Virus record (IMG/VR): IMGVR_UViG_3300018890_000002
Span: 1 to 64,000 of that record
Direction: 5' to 3' (one strand)
DNA from: a virus
DNA length: 64,000 nt
The notes under the pieces were generated by a model. That model worked only from the letters and a program-made list of their open reading frames with translations, did not search any database and had not been told where the DNA came from. Made by a program: the position numbers and the translations under genes. Numbering within the stretch: the stretch's first letter is position 1; the number at the start of each line of letters is the position of its first letter. Positions 10,692-20,383 of this stretch are shown here, piece after piece.

Positions 10692-11057
10692 TTATGCGTT
10701 CTTTCTTACATCACCAATAGCAGTGAGGAAAGAATCTAGGTCAATTTGTTGAGTGCTTACTCTAGTTACGGTACTTACATTAGTTGCATCTGAGTCAGCG
10801 GGAGAATCAGGAGCAGTAGGAGGGAAAGTAAGTTCAGTAAAATCTAATCGCATTGAAGTTCCTGCTAATACAGGATTAATCTTAATACGTTTAAGGACTT
10901 TAGTAACTGTTGAAGCATCATCTTTAGTAATAGTATATTTTACATCTACCACATAAAGATTATTTGTAGTATCTTCTACTAGAGTTGCGGTTACAGGAAC
11001 AGCTTCAGTTAAAGTCGTTTGTAACTTTGGTCTATTAAAATTAATTGTTATTGCCAT
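10692..11057 (-). CDS. Virion structural protein (putative)
   Basis: Thr/Val-rich; likely start MAITINF at 11057; in tail operon. Confidence 0.55.
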   Translation of the reverse strand: MAITINFNRPKLQTTLTEAVPVTATLVEDTTNNLYVVDVKYTITKDDASTVTKVLKRIKINPVLAGTSMRLDFTELTFPPTAPDSPADSDATNVSTVTRVSTQQIDLDSFLTAIGDVRKNA

Positions 11058-11073
11058 AATTTTATTATTGTTT

Positions 11074-11613
11074 TTAGTCAGTAATATTAATATCTGCTCG
11101 TAGAAAACTGTAAATAGCTTGACCAACTTCATTTATCATTGTTCGATATTGAACTCTAACTCCTGGATCAATTTTTACTTGACAATTAGGACTTAGTAAA
11201 TGTTTGTTAATCTCATAGCTAATCCAGTTTAATAAAGGCATTAATTTATCTTGTTGAGGTAACACTAAAGAGTAAGAGATAGATATCGAGGAATTCCTTA
11301 GTAGTTTTCCCATTTTCCAGCTATCCGATACTCGATAGACTTTGAGTAAAGGGAACTCTTGGTTAGTAATTCCATAAGCATCATAAGTTCTATAGGTTCG
11401 GATAGCTATATCTCCTAATGATTGTCTAATAGCAGGATGAGTCTCTATATAAGAGAAATAATCTTTATTGATATACTCGTATAAATATTTAGCTATATAG
11501 TCAACTGCTTCATCTACTTCTGGAGTAATCTCGATATTTGCAGAAAACTTTTGAGTAGAGCCTAAGTTTTCCTTTACTTGTAATTTTTCTATTACATGAG
11601 GGTTAACTATCAT
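11074..11613 (-). CDS. Putative tail terminator/neck protein
   Basis: Size, FPLLKVYR motif and position after the morphogenesis gene. Confidence 0.5.
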   Translation of the reverse strand: MIVNPHVIEKLQVKENLGSTQKFSANIEITPEVDEAVDYIAKYLYEYINKDYFSYIETHPAIRQSLGDIAIRTYRTYDAYGITNQEFPLLKVYRVSDSWKMGKLLRNSSISISYSLVLPQQDKLMPLLNWISYEINKHLLSPNCQVKIDPGVRVQYRTMINEVGQAIYSFLRADINITD

Positions 11614-12194
11614 TCTTTTAACTCCTTAATAGGATCTTTAGTTCTAATACGAGTATCACCAGTTAATATGAATTCAGAGATAACGTCTGTAATTTCATTA
11701 TTAAGAGCTTCATGAATAAATAAGAAAGGTCTAGGAGCTAATTTTCCATCTCTCCTAAACATTTCAGATACTCGCTCATCTTGCAGTAGATTTAATGGAA
11801 TAGTAGTTCCTATTGAATCAGGTTGATGGTCTTTTGCATAAGATATTTTAGTACCAAACTCAAATCCTTCTCTAGTAATATTAAAGATTGAATTGTCATT
11901 ACCGGATATTAGTGAGTTAAATAACTTACCAGTATCCTTCAATAAAGGTTTCCCCATTCTATCTGGATGGGTAGCTAACCAGTTAGGTGTCATTGCACTC
12001 CAGAACACATTGCCATGAGCTATCCCTCCTTTATTAGTCAGAGGAGCTGTGAGGAAACGTAACTTAACATCTTCTACTAAGACTTCTTTTAGTCCTAGTT
12101 CTAAAGGAGTTAAATCTTTTTTACGCTTAAGAGCATTTTCAAACTTTTTGCTAAGTCCATCTAATCCACTAAAATCTGCTGAAAGATTTACCAT
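11610..12194 (-). CDS. Phage virion morphogenesis protein (Mu gpG / P2 gpS-like)
   Basis: LLKDTGKLFNSL, FGTKISYAKDHQ and PRPFL motifs. Confidence 0.85.
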   Translation of the reverse strand: MVNLSADFSGLDGLSKKFENALKRKKDLTPLELGLKEVLVEDVKLRFLTAPLTNKGGIAHGNVFWSAMTPNWLATHPDRMGKPLLKDTGKLFNSLISGNDNSIFNITREGFEFGTKISYAKDHQPDSIGTTIPLNLLQDERVSEMFRRDGKLAPRPFLFIHEALNNEITDVISEFILTGDTRIRTKDPIKELKE

Positions 12195-12196
12195 TA

Positions 12197-13102
12197 TTAG
12201 AACCTATTTTCGATTAATGTAGTAGTTAAGTTAAAATAACCTGCTTCTACTGGAGGATATCTACCATCAAGAGAATCAATCACTCTAACTTCGTAATAGA
12301 GCTTAATAGGTCGTTGTTGACTAATTAAATAGAAGTCAGATTCTTTAAGTTGAATTTGTGCTTTATATTCTTTCAGTCTAGTTTCTGGAATATCTTTCAC
12401 TTGGATAAACTTAATACCTTGACCGTTGATAGTAGTGTTATATATTACTGCACCATCATCAGGATCGGACATATTACGTTTAACAATGAATTCAATATTA
12501 GTTCCTTCTCTAGTTAGTCGATCTCCATAAATTAAAATATTGATAGCATGAACTGAATTTCTAGCTAATGAGTATCCATTAAGAGAAACGTCAACTCCTT
12601 TAATAATTACGTAAGTCTGACCAGTAGGAGCTTCAGTTAAAATATCTCGTTCTAACTTACTAATATTAAATGTAGAACTATCTACTTCCAGAGTAGATTG
12701 TAATGCTCTATCTACTTTAAGAAACATTTGAATCTTACTAAGACCAGAAGTTATAGTAGCTTGAGCATATCTAAAAGCTGATAAAAAAATATTAGTCTTA
12801 GGCTCTGGAATATTAATGCTAGATCCTACAGCATTATCTTTTTGAAGACCTACTGTAATTGAACTCTTATCAGTATAGATAGTAGTTATATAGGCAACAA
12901 GTTTAGTAAGTATTGCTTCAATTTTGCTATTATCAGTAAAGATATTAGCTGTTATAGCTCTATCATACTTAACATCACTGATATTCATTAGACTGCTATC
13001 TGTTTCCATAGTGGCTACAGATGCTCTGTCATAATTCATATCTGATATTTCTATATTAGAGTTATCAGTATAAATAGTTGCTTGTAATGCGTAGTCAGTC
13101 AT
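12197..13102 (-). CDS. Virion structural protein with N-terminal repeats and BppU-like C-terminal domain
   Basis: Repeated (I/M)(Y/F/E)TD(N/S/K)S units; C-terminal LYYEVRV...GYF. Confidence 0.55.
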   Translation of the reverse strand: MTDYALQATIYTDNSNIEISDMNYDRASVATMETDSSLMNISDVKYDRAITANIFTDNSKIEAILTKLVAYITTIYTDKSSITVGLQKDNAVGSSINIPEPKTNIFLSAFRYAQATITSGLSKIQMFLKVDRALQSTLEVDSSTFNISKLERDILTEAPTGQTYVIIKGVDVSLNGYSLARNSVHAINILIYGDRLTREGTNIEFIVKRNMSDPDDGAVIYNTTINGQGIKFIQVKDIPETRLKEYKAQIQLKESDFYLISQQRPIKLYYEVRVIDSLDGRYPPVEAGYFNLTTTLIENRF

Positions 13103-13113
13103 TTTATTACCTC

Positions 13114-13944
13114 TTATTCAGTAATAGTGATTGCACCAACCGGAATTCTAGCAATATCTAGTGAGTTAATAATCTTAGTGTTATTCGGGCCAAAACTTCC
13201 ACAATAAAGCATATTACCAGCTCCAGTAGCAGTCTTGTGTAATGCAAAAGATTTAATAGATTCCCAAGCAGCATTATCCGCCGCAGGAAACACAATTTCC
13301 ATTAAGTTACGAGCTTGTCTACCAGTAATTTGCCAGTTAGCTGCATTACAAGGAATAGGAACTCGAATATAACCAGGAGAATTAGAAGCTACTAATTCAC
13401 CGATATCCCCAGTTTTAGTAGGAGCCATTGTACCTAGAGCTAAAAATACTTCAGCAGGAGTCTCAAAAGTCTCGTTTCTGAGTAACTTCAATTGAGAATG
13501 GGCAAGGAAGTCGGACTTAGTATAAGTAGATTGAGTTTCTTTAAGAATCACTTTACCAGGAGGGAAATACAAAGCATCCCCAATCTCAATACTCATCCCT
13601 TGATCAATATGACCAAAGTAGATAGGTACAGTATCGCTAGTTTCATCAAATAACCCAATAGCTACAATAGTTGGATATTGAGTTAGAGCATTATTAAATC
13701 GAATAGGTTGTTGATTGAAGCAAGTACGATTAACTGGTTCAGAGAAGAATGATACTCCAGTAGGATAAGGCACTTTAGCATAACCAGTCGAACCCGCAGG
13801 CTCAGTAAAATTACCACCTTCCGCAGTAGGGAGAGTAGTAGATAAACCAATATAAAGGTTGTTATTTAAAGGAGATATAACTAATTCCCCAGTAAGAAAC
13901 TTGAGGAGATTAGCTGCTTGTAATGGACTTTTATTATCTGCCAT
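13114..13944 (-). CDS. Virion structural/tail-fibre-associated protein, two tandem domains
   Basis: LYIGLSTTLP..EP..GYAKVP and VFLALGTMAP..GE..GYIRVP repeats. Confidence 0.7.
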   Translation of the reverse strand: MADNKSPLQAANLLKFLTGELVISPLNNNLYIGLSTTLPTAEGGNFTEPAGSTGYAKVPYPTGVSFFSEPVNRTCFNQQPIRFNNALTQYPTIVAIGLFDETSDTVPIYFGHIDQGMSIEIGDALYFPPGKVILKETQSTYTKSDFLAHSQLKLLRNETFETPAEVFLALGTMAPTKTGDIGELVASNSPGYIRVPIPCNAANWQITGRQARNLMEIVFPAADNAAWESIKSFALHKTATGAGNMLYCGSFGPNNTKIINSLDIARIPVGAITITE

Positions 13945-14030
13945 ATTAATTATTGATATTATTTTTTTTTCAATTTCGACTTTATCTTTATACTAAATTA
14001 TCTGAAAGTAAGTCATTAGTATTATTCGGT

Positions 14031-14198
14031 TCATGAATTATTAGTATCTTCTAACTCTTCTAAAAATTCTTGTACTTCTTCATTAGTTTTTTCAATGTCT
14101 TCTTCACTAGAATCACTATTTACATTTGATCCTACTGAATCAAACCAAGCATCAAACTCATCAAGAATCCCACTATCTCTATCTCCACTAAATGTCAT
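14031..14198 (-). CDS. Small highly acidic protein (55 aa)
   Basis: MTFSGDRDSGILDEFDAWF...EELEDTNNS*; TAATG overlap with upstream gene; below ORF-track cutoff. Confidence 0.6.
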   Translation of the reverse strand: MTFSGDRDSGILDEFDAWFDSVGSNVNSDSSEEDIEKTNEEVQEFLEELEDTNNS

Positions 14199-15388
14199 TA
14201 TTTTTCACCTTTTAATTTTCTAATAAAAGATTTGACATTAGACCATTTACCTGATTTATTTTTCCTCATAAATCCTTTAACTTTACCATCATCGGAAGTT
14301 AGGTTATTATAAGCAACTTTACTTAATTTACCTGTTACTAATCCTCCGGCTCCTAGTATTGCAGCTCCAGCTAACATTCTTTTCGGATTAGCTTTAATTA
14401 GTTTTGTTATTCCTTTTAATTTACTTCCTCCTCCTTCTCGTTTTAATGCTTCCAGAGTAGTTTTAGCTCTATTGCCACTAACTTTAATCTTATTACTAGC
14501 TTTCATAGCGTAAACATCATCTGGATCTGGGACAAAATTTTTATTAAAATAATCGTCACTACCACCGATATAAAGTGACCTTCCAGAACCAGTTAATCCT
14601 TTACTAATAGCTTCAGGCTTTCTTTGTTCTATTATTTTATCTGTGATATTTCTTTTTTCATCAATGCCACTATTGATACTTCTAATACTTTCCTGACTAT
14701 CTTTAATTTGCTTTTTAAGATCTTTTACTGTATAACGCTTTTCTGGATTTAATGTGTTTCTAGCAGGAATTACTATTTCTTTAGCTCCTGTTTTACTAAG
14801 CTCTTTTAGTCGATTGGATGCTAATTCTACGTCTTGTTTAGAAAGTAATAGTCTTTTTTGTGTTTCAGGAGATTTTCTCCATTCTTTAACTGCATTTTCT
14901 ATAGCTTTTTTATCCATTGGCATTTCAGATTGACCACGATAAAATGCTCTTTGTAATTTTCTATAAACGTTTTCTCCTACAATATTTTGATAAGCTTTCT
15001 TTAATTTTCCTGCGTTATTATTACTAGGGTCATAGTTAATATGTTTACCAGTAATAAATACATTATTCTTAGCTCTATTTAAAAACTGTTTATTCTTTTC
15101 AAAAAAGTCATATTCTTTCATAATGCTATTTTTTGAATTAAGATCGTTACTTACTAAGTCTTTAGTAATTCCTCCTCCCCCTCTATTTGGATCAAGAAAT
15201 CCTCCCCCTTTAATAATTTCTTGAGCAGCTTTTTTAGATGTACTATGAGATTCTAAACGAACACCTAACAGTCTAGGAATACCGGATCTAGCAGTTTGTT
15301 GACCTACAATTCCAGCTCCTCCAAGAAATACTACTCCTTTAACTTTACTTTTTTCTTTTGATTTTTTAAACTCTGCTATAAATCTCAC
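14198..15388 (-). CDS. Basic putative virion protein with ADP-ribosyltransferase-like core (paralog 1)
   Basis: HSTSKKAAQEIIKGGGFLDP...VFITG...FVPDPDD; Gly-rich hydrophobic flanks; paralog of 15903..17003. Confidence 0.5.
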   Translation of the reverse strand: MRFIAEFKKSKEKSKVKGVVFLGGAGIVGQQTARSGIPRLLGVRLESHSTSKKAAQEIIKGGGFLDPNRGGGGITKDLVSNDLNSKNSIMKEYDFFEKNKQFLNRAKNNVFITGKHINYDPSNNNAGKLKKAYQNIVGENVYRKLQRAFYRGQSEMPMDKKAIENAVKEWRKSPETQKRLLLSKQDVELASNRLKELSKTGAKEIVIPARNTLNPEKRYTVKDLKKQIKDSQESIRSINSGIDEKRNITDKIIEQRKPEAISKGLTGSGRSLYIGGSDDYFNKNFVPDPDDVYAMKASNKIKVSGNRAKTTLEALKREGGGSKLKGITKLIKANPKRMLAGAAILGAGGLVTGKLSKVAYNNLTSDDGKVKGFMRKNKSGKWSNVKSFIRKLKGEK

Positions 15389-15903
15389 TTATTTCTCCAT
15401 CTTTGATATAAAATATTCCAACCAGCAGAACTCACTTGTCTTAGCTCTATTGGATTTCCAGTTAAAAGATAATCTAATTCGTTTTGCCATATAGGATAAT
15501 AAGTAAAACTTTGATTTCCTATATAGTTATTATCAATATCTACTAGAGATATGAAATACTCAAAGTTAAATAGACCTTCTTGATGTTGCTCATATTTATT
15601 AATCCATATAGTATTAGGAACTAATAAAAGATTTTCTAATATAACTTTAGAGGCTAGAGGATAAATCTCAGTAGTAATAGAACCTGCTATATGATCATTA
15701 AAGTCACTACAGATAACTAACTCATATTCTTTAGGATTAAGATACCTTCGTTTTTCTTTTATGCGTTGAGTAGTTACATCAAAATCGTATAAAGGAGAAT
15801 AAATTTGTAAGTGGCAAGTATTATTTCTGATAGAACCTAAGTAATCAGTTTGCCAATTAAATATTTTATCTACTTTTTTTGCGTTATTTTTATATTGTTC
15901 CAT
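15385..15903 (-). CDS. Hypothetical protein
   Basis: 172 aa ORF overlapping both neighbours. Confidence 0.7.
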   Translation of the reverse strand: MEQYKNNAKKVDKIFNWQTDYLGSIRNNTCHLQIYSPLYDFDVTTQRIKEKRRYLNPKEYELVICSDFNDHIAGSITTEIYPLASKVILENLLLVPNTIWINKYEQHQEGLFNFEYFISLVDIDNNYIGNQSFTYYPIWQNELDYLLTGNPIELRQVSSAGWNILYQRWRNK

Positions 15904-17003
15904 TAATCTCTCTTTAATTTATCTCTTATGAATGATTTGACATTAGACCATTTACCTGATTTATTTTTTCTACTATATCCTTTGACTTTTACATTAGGAT
16001 TAAAGCTGTCAAAAGAGGTCTTAGCATTCATTGCAGTAATAGTTCCGCCTACTCCAAGAATAGCTGCTCCGGCTAATGCTCTTTTAGGATTAGCTTTTAT
16101 TAATTTAACTGCTCCTTTTAATCTACTTCCTCCTCCTTCTGTTTTTAAAGCGTCTAATGTAGCAGAAGCGCGATTTCCATGTACTTTAATTTTATTTTCA
16201 GAGTACATTGCCCGGACATCATCAAAATCAGGTTTAAAGTTTTTATTAAAATACTCATCAGAACCTCCTAGATAAAGTGACCTTCCTTGAGCAGGATTTA
16301 ACGCTTTATTTATGACTTTACCTCTTTCTTCTCCTAAACGTTTAGCAGTTTTTTGTTGTAAAGTTTGCATATCCAACTGAGCTTGTTGACCCTCTAAACT
16401 TAAATCACTTTCAAAGGGACTTCTAAGTTTAAACTTAAATTTATCACTTATACCTTCTCTTACGTTAGCTTTATTAATTCGATCAGTATCTATCTTTCCT
16501 TGAAGTTCTTTAATTTTTCCTATATCTTCATTTACATAATTCCAATCAATTAGAGATTGCGCTCGATAACCAAGTCTTTGTTCTTTTCTAGCTAAAACTT
16601 GTTGTAAAGCACTTTCTTTTTTAGGGTCAACAACTACATTTAACATTGGATTTAGAGGATTAGGCATTTTTCTACTACCTGCATTCTCATGAATTCCAGT
16701 AATATAAGCTTTACCTTTAGCTTGATTAATATCTGTTACTCCACTAATTCCTTGTATAGATTCTAAAGATCTAATAGCTCCAGTACCACTTTTATTAGGA
16801 TCAATCCATCCACCATTTTTTAGTATCTCTTTAGCAGTTTTATTACTTGTACTATGAGATTCTAATCTAACTCCTAGGAGTCTAGGTATCCCTGAACGAA
16901 TAGTTTGTTGACCTGCATAACCAGTAGCTCCTAAATAAGCGATACCTTTACCTATACTTCTTTTTTTCTCTTCAGCTTTTTTAAATTCTGCTATGAAGTG
17001 CAT
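15903..17003 (-). CDS. Basic putative virion protein with ADP-ribosyltransferase-like core (paralog 2)
   Basis: HSTSNKTAKEILKNGGWIDP...AYITG...FKPDFDD; ends nearly identical to paralog 1. Confidence 0.5.
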   Translation of the reverse strand: MHFIAEFKKAEEKKRSIGKGIAYLGATGYAGQQTIRSGIPRLLGVRLESHSTSNKTAKEILKNGGWIDPNKSGTGAIRSLESIQGISGVTDINQAKGKAYITGIHENAGSRKMPNPLNPMLNVVVDPKKESALQQVLARKEQRLGYRAQSLIDWNYVNEDIGKIKELQGKIDTDRINKANVREGISDKFKFKLRSPFESDLSLEGQQAQLDMQTLQQKTAKRLGEERGKVINKALNPAQGRSLYLGGSDEYFNKNFKPDFDDVRAMYSENKIKVHGNRASATLDALKTEGGGSRLKGAVKLIKANPKRALAGAAILGVGGTITAMNAKTSFDSFNPNVKVKGYSRKNKSGKWSNVKSFIRDKLKRD

Positions 17004-17311
17004 ATTTTATTCCATTTATCTAATAAGTCATTTTCTAAACATTCAGTATAAATATTATCTCTTTGTTTTAAGTTACAAGTTTTACATGAGTATAATAAAT
17101 TGCTTTCACTTATGACTAAATCAGTATTGTTCTTTTCACTTAAGAGTTTTATAGGGATTATATGAAATAAATGTCCTTCTCCTAGAGATAAAGAAGATTT
17201 ACAAATAGGACATAAGTATAAAGCTTTTCTAATAAGACTTCTAGTAACTTCAAATGCTTCTCTACTTCTTTTCCAAGTATTGAATTTAGAACGATATTTT
17301 TTAAGAATCAT
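16991..17311 (-). CDS. HNH endonuclease
   Basis: CPIC...HIIP...NLLYSCKTCN. Confidence 0.85.
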   Translation of the reverse strand: MILKKYRSKFNTWKRSREAFEVTRSLIRKALYLCPICKSSLSLGEGHLFHIIPIKLLSEKNNTDLVISESNLLYSCKTCNLKQRDNIYTECLENDLLDKWNKICTS

Positions 17312-17601
17312 TATTTCTTTTTCTTTTGAGTTAAAAGTGAATTACCTAATGCTGCTCCCATTAATGTAGTAGCACCTGTTCCTATACCTCCAACAATGAG
17401 TTTTTCACGTAAAGATAATTTACTTCCTAGCGATCCTAATGCTGCACCTCCTATACCTCCTACTAATCCTGAACCAGCACCTATAGCTGCATTAATAAGC
17501 TTCTGTTTTCTTTTTCCCTTATCTTTTCCTCTACCTTTACCGAATCTGTAAGAAACCTTATAGGAAGAATCAATTTGTCCAATGAATGTTATATTTCTCA
17601 T
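17311..17601 (-). CDS. Basic glycine-zipper protein
   Basis: GxxxG repeats; GRGKDKGKRK motif. Confidence 0.7.
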   Translation of the reverse strand: MRNITFIGQIDSSYKVSYRFGKGRGKDKGKRKQKLINAAIGAGSGLVGGIGGAALGSLGSKLSLREKLIVGGIGTGATTLMGAALGNSLLTQKKKK

Positions 17602-17602
17602 A

Positions 17603-18094
17603 TTAAGAAATTGGTAATAAATAATTTTTCTTTCTCTTAAGACCTCGAAGTCCTCCTATCCCCCCACCTACCGCAGCTCCTTTATACCCGGCTTTCCAGG
17701 CACTTTTAGCTCCTTGATTGATAGCTCCACCAACTACACTTTTCCACCCACCTTTAAGACCTTTTAAACCACCTCTAATAGCACCAGATACTCCACCTAC
17801 TCCAGCAGATAGAGTTCCTACAGTTTTAGCATCATTAGATACTTTTCCTGCAAATGAAGTAGGAGCGTATCGCTTAGCTCTAGTGAGTAGAGAGTTATAT
17901 CCATTTTTACGAACAAAACTATCAGTAGCACCTCGAAGTCCCCCCATTACTCCACCAGTGATTCCACCAGCATTGTAACCCGCAGCAGCTCCTACTCCAG
18001 CTCCAATAGCAGCACTTTTTAATCGAGAAGGTTTCTTAGGTCTATTGAAGAAGTAAGAGGAATTAGTAGAACCAATAAAAGTTATTTTTTTCAT
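17603..18094 (-). CDS. Basic glycine-zipper protein
   Basis: GxxxG repeats; ITFIG N-terminus shared with neighbour. Confidence 0.7.
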   Translation of the reverse strand: MKKITFIGSTNSSYFFNRPKKPSRLKSAAIGAGVGAAAGYNAGGITGGVMGGLRGATDSFVRKNGYNSLLTRAKRYAPTSFAGKVSNDAKTVGTLSAGVGGVSGAIRGGLKGLKGGWKSVVGGAINQGAKSAWKAGYKGAAVGGGIGGLRGLKRKKNYLLPIS

Positions 18095-19338
18095 TATTTT
18101 TTCTTTTTATTAGGTTGCCTAAATCCTCTAACTAATCCTACTCCACTACCTAGTAAGCCTCCAGAAGCAGTACCCGCCACACCGCTAGTTAAACCAGATG
18201 TAACAGCTCCAGCTATTTTTTGTTTGAGAGAACCAGGAGTAAGTCTTGCACCTGAAACAGCTCCTTGTAAAGCAGACATACCACCAATAGTTTTAGCTCC
18301 TATTTTAGCGTCGTTACCAATTTTACCCGCTCTCGATCTAGCTCCAGTTTTTCGGAATCTATCTTTTTCTTTATCTATTTGTCTATCAATTAAAGCTCCC
18401 GAGACACCACTACCAACAGCACCAGTAACTCCTCCACCAATTAATCCTGTGACTAAACCTGTTTTTAAGCCTACTCTACTTTTTTTCTTTGGTTGACTAC
18501 TAGGTAAATTAAAAGCAAATTCAGTTATATTATCGTAATCGGAATAGCTATAGGTTTTTTTACCTACTTTAATAGTTTTTCTTTTAAGTAGTTTATTAAT
18601 TCCTGTAGCTCCCGAAGCTAATAAGGAACCTCCTACTGCACCTAAAGCTCCTTTTATTGCTGCACTTTTAATACTTTTTGAACCTTTTAAGCTAGAAGCT
18701 ACTCCAGTTAATGCTCCTACTCCAGCACCTAATTGAGCGTTACGTTTCAATGTTTTGTTACGATCTATTTGAGGTAATCCAAAAGCAAAATTAGAGACGT
18801 TATCAGTAGATTCACTAAACTTACCTTTCTTTTTCTTTCCCATTCTATTCTCTTGGACAAATCCTCTACCAGCACCTACTAAAGCACCAGTTCCAGCTCC
18901 ATTAATAGCTCCAGAGACTCCTCCACTGAGAACTCCTAAACCCGCTCCCAGAAGAGTGTTTTTAAGTTTATCTCTAGCTTCTGCTTTTTTATCTCTGCCT
19001 AATCCAAGAAATCCTTTTTTACGATGAGTGGGAAGACTAGAACCTAATGCAGCTCCAGCTAATCCAGCAGTAATAGCACTACCAATACCTACTGATTTAG
19101 CTCCTAATTTAGCATCATGACCTACTTTACCCAAATGACTTCTTGCACCTTCCTTATCAAATCTATCTCGTTCTTTATTAACTCCTTTAGCAATTAAAGC
19201 TCCCGCGATTGTTCCTACTGGGCCTCCTGCTACAGTGCCAAGACCTGCTCCTACCAAAGGATTAACTCTACTTTTACGTTTAGTCTTATCCTTCCCTCTA
19301 CCAAATTGAGATTGAACGTTACCAATAAAATGAATCAT
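18094..19338 (-). CDS. Basic glycine-zipper polyprotein-like protein (three modules)
   Basis: Modules separated by DNVSNFAF and DNITEFAF; modules 1 and 3 share KE(R/K)DRF..GARS..GK.G.DAK.GAK. Confidence 0.7.
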   Translation of the reverse strand: MIHFIGNVQSQFGRGKDKTKRKSRVNPLVGAGLGTVAGGPVGTIAGALIAKGVNKERDRFDKEGARSHLGKVGHDAKLGAKSVGIGSAITAGLAGAALGSSLPTHRKKGFLGLGRDKKAEARDKLKNTLLGAGLGVLSGGVSGAINGAGTGALVGAGRGFVQENRMGKKKKGKFSESTDNVSNFAFGLPQIDRNKTLKRNAQLGAGVGALTGVASSLKGSKSIKSAAIKGALGAVGGSLLASGATGINKLLKRKTIKVGKKTYSYSDYDNITEFAFNLPSSQPKKKSRVGLKTGLVTGLIGGGVTGAVGSGVSGALIDRQIDKEKDRFRKTGARSRAGKIGNDAKIGAKTIGGMSALQGAVSGARLTPGSLKQKIAGAVTSGLTSGVAGTASGGLLGSGVGLVRGFRQPNKKKK

Positions 19339-19370
19339 ATATTTATCTCTTAATTATTATCTTTTTTCAA

Positions 19371-19961
19371 CTACCAAAGTCGTTCTTCTACACCAAAAAC
19401 TCTAGATCTGTCTTGTCTAAAGTCAAATTCCATATTACTTCTATTATGTTGATACTTACCAATTACAGTATAGTTTCGAGTAATATTATCTCTTCTCTCA
19501 GTTAGTTGAGGAGTAAAAGGAAGAAGTAAAGGATAAGCTTCTCTTATTGCATTATCTTCAGGGGCAAAGATACCGGGGATATAAATACCTGAGCCGATAA
19601 AATATCCTTTAAGTAATTCCTTAGCTTTCTGATAAATAGTAGAACCAAACCCACCATCTCCTCCAAGTGAAGCAATCATTCCTTGATCGTAAAGAGACAT
19701 CATTAGATCGTTAATAACGAATCCTTCTAATATTGGTTCTATTAGTGGAATATCTCTTGGGTCAATAGGTAAGACATAAAGCATTCCAAAATAAGTATCA
19801 ATAAGAGTTTCATTTCTAATGATTAAATCGTGTATTAGTTCAGTATCTAAATTACTAGATAAAACTGATACATTATCACTAGGAATAAGAGAGTTAGTAA
19901 AGACATTAGCTCTTCTACCTAATCGTCTTTGAATCTTTTCAACAGTTATATACTTATACAT
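19371..19961 (-). CDS. Head-tail adaptor (Mu gp36/DUF1320-like)
   Basis: YITVEKIQRRLG...LIDTYFGMLYVLPI...YQKAKELLK; TAATG-coupled start at 19961. Confidence 0.7.
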   Translation of the reverse strand: MYKYITVEKIQRRLGRRANVFTNSLIPSDNVSVLSSNLDTELIHDLIIRNETLIDTYFGMLYVLPIDPRDIPLIEPILEGFVINDLMMSLYDQGMIASLGGDGGFGSTIYQKAKELLKGYFIGSGIYIPGIFAPEDNAIREAYPLLLPFTPQLTERRDNITRNYTVIGKYQHNRSNMEFDFRQDRSRVFGVEERLW

Positions 19962-20383
19962 TAGATTCCATTCTTCTTTTTCCAATCATCAAATCGGGTA
20001 GCAGCTCTTAAGTTTCTAGCTACATCTAAACCATGCTTCTTATTCCATCTTTGAGCTTTAACTTTATTCATAAGTCCCCCTGCAATATCTTTTTTAATGT
20101 TGAGTCCAGTATTTACTACTCCTCTAGCTTGTTGTACACCTGGTAGTATAGTATTTTTAAAGTAGTTTTTCTTACTCTTATCATTCATAAATATCCCAGC
20201 AGTTTTCATAGCTGCATAAGTCTGTCCACCTGTAACTAATCCTCTTTTAATCTTTTGATGGGTAGTAGCTTTTGAATCTCCAGTAGCAGCTAATGCCCCA
20301 ACCGCTAAGGGAACTAAATATGGGCTATTCTTTTCTATAAATCTCTTACGTTTTTTAGCTGGACTATCAAATGGTCGCCACAT
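19961..20383 (-). CDS. Basic hypothetical protein
   Basis: 140 aa Lys/Arg-rich, translationally coupled. Confidence 0.65.
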   Translation of the reverse strand: MWRPFDSPAKKRKRFIEKNSPYLVPLAVGALAATGDSKATTHQKIKRGLVTGGQTYAAMKTAGIFMNDKSKKNYFKNTILPGVQQARGVVNTGLNIKKDIAGGLMNKVKAQRWNKKHGLDVARNLRAATRFDDWKKKNGI

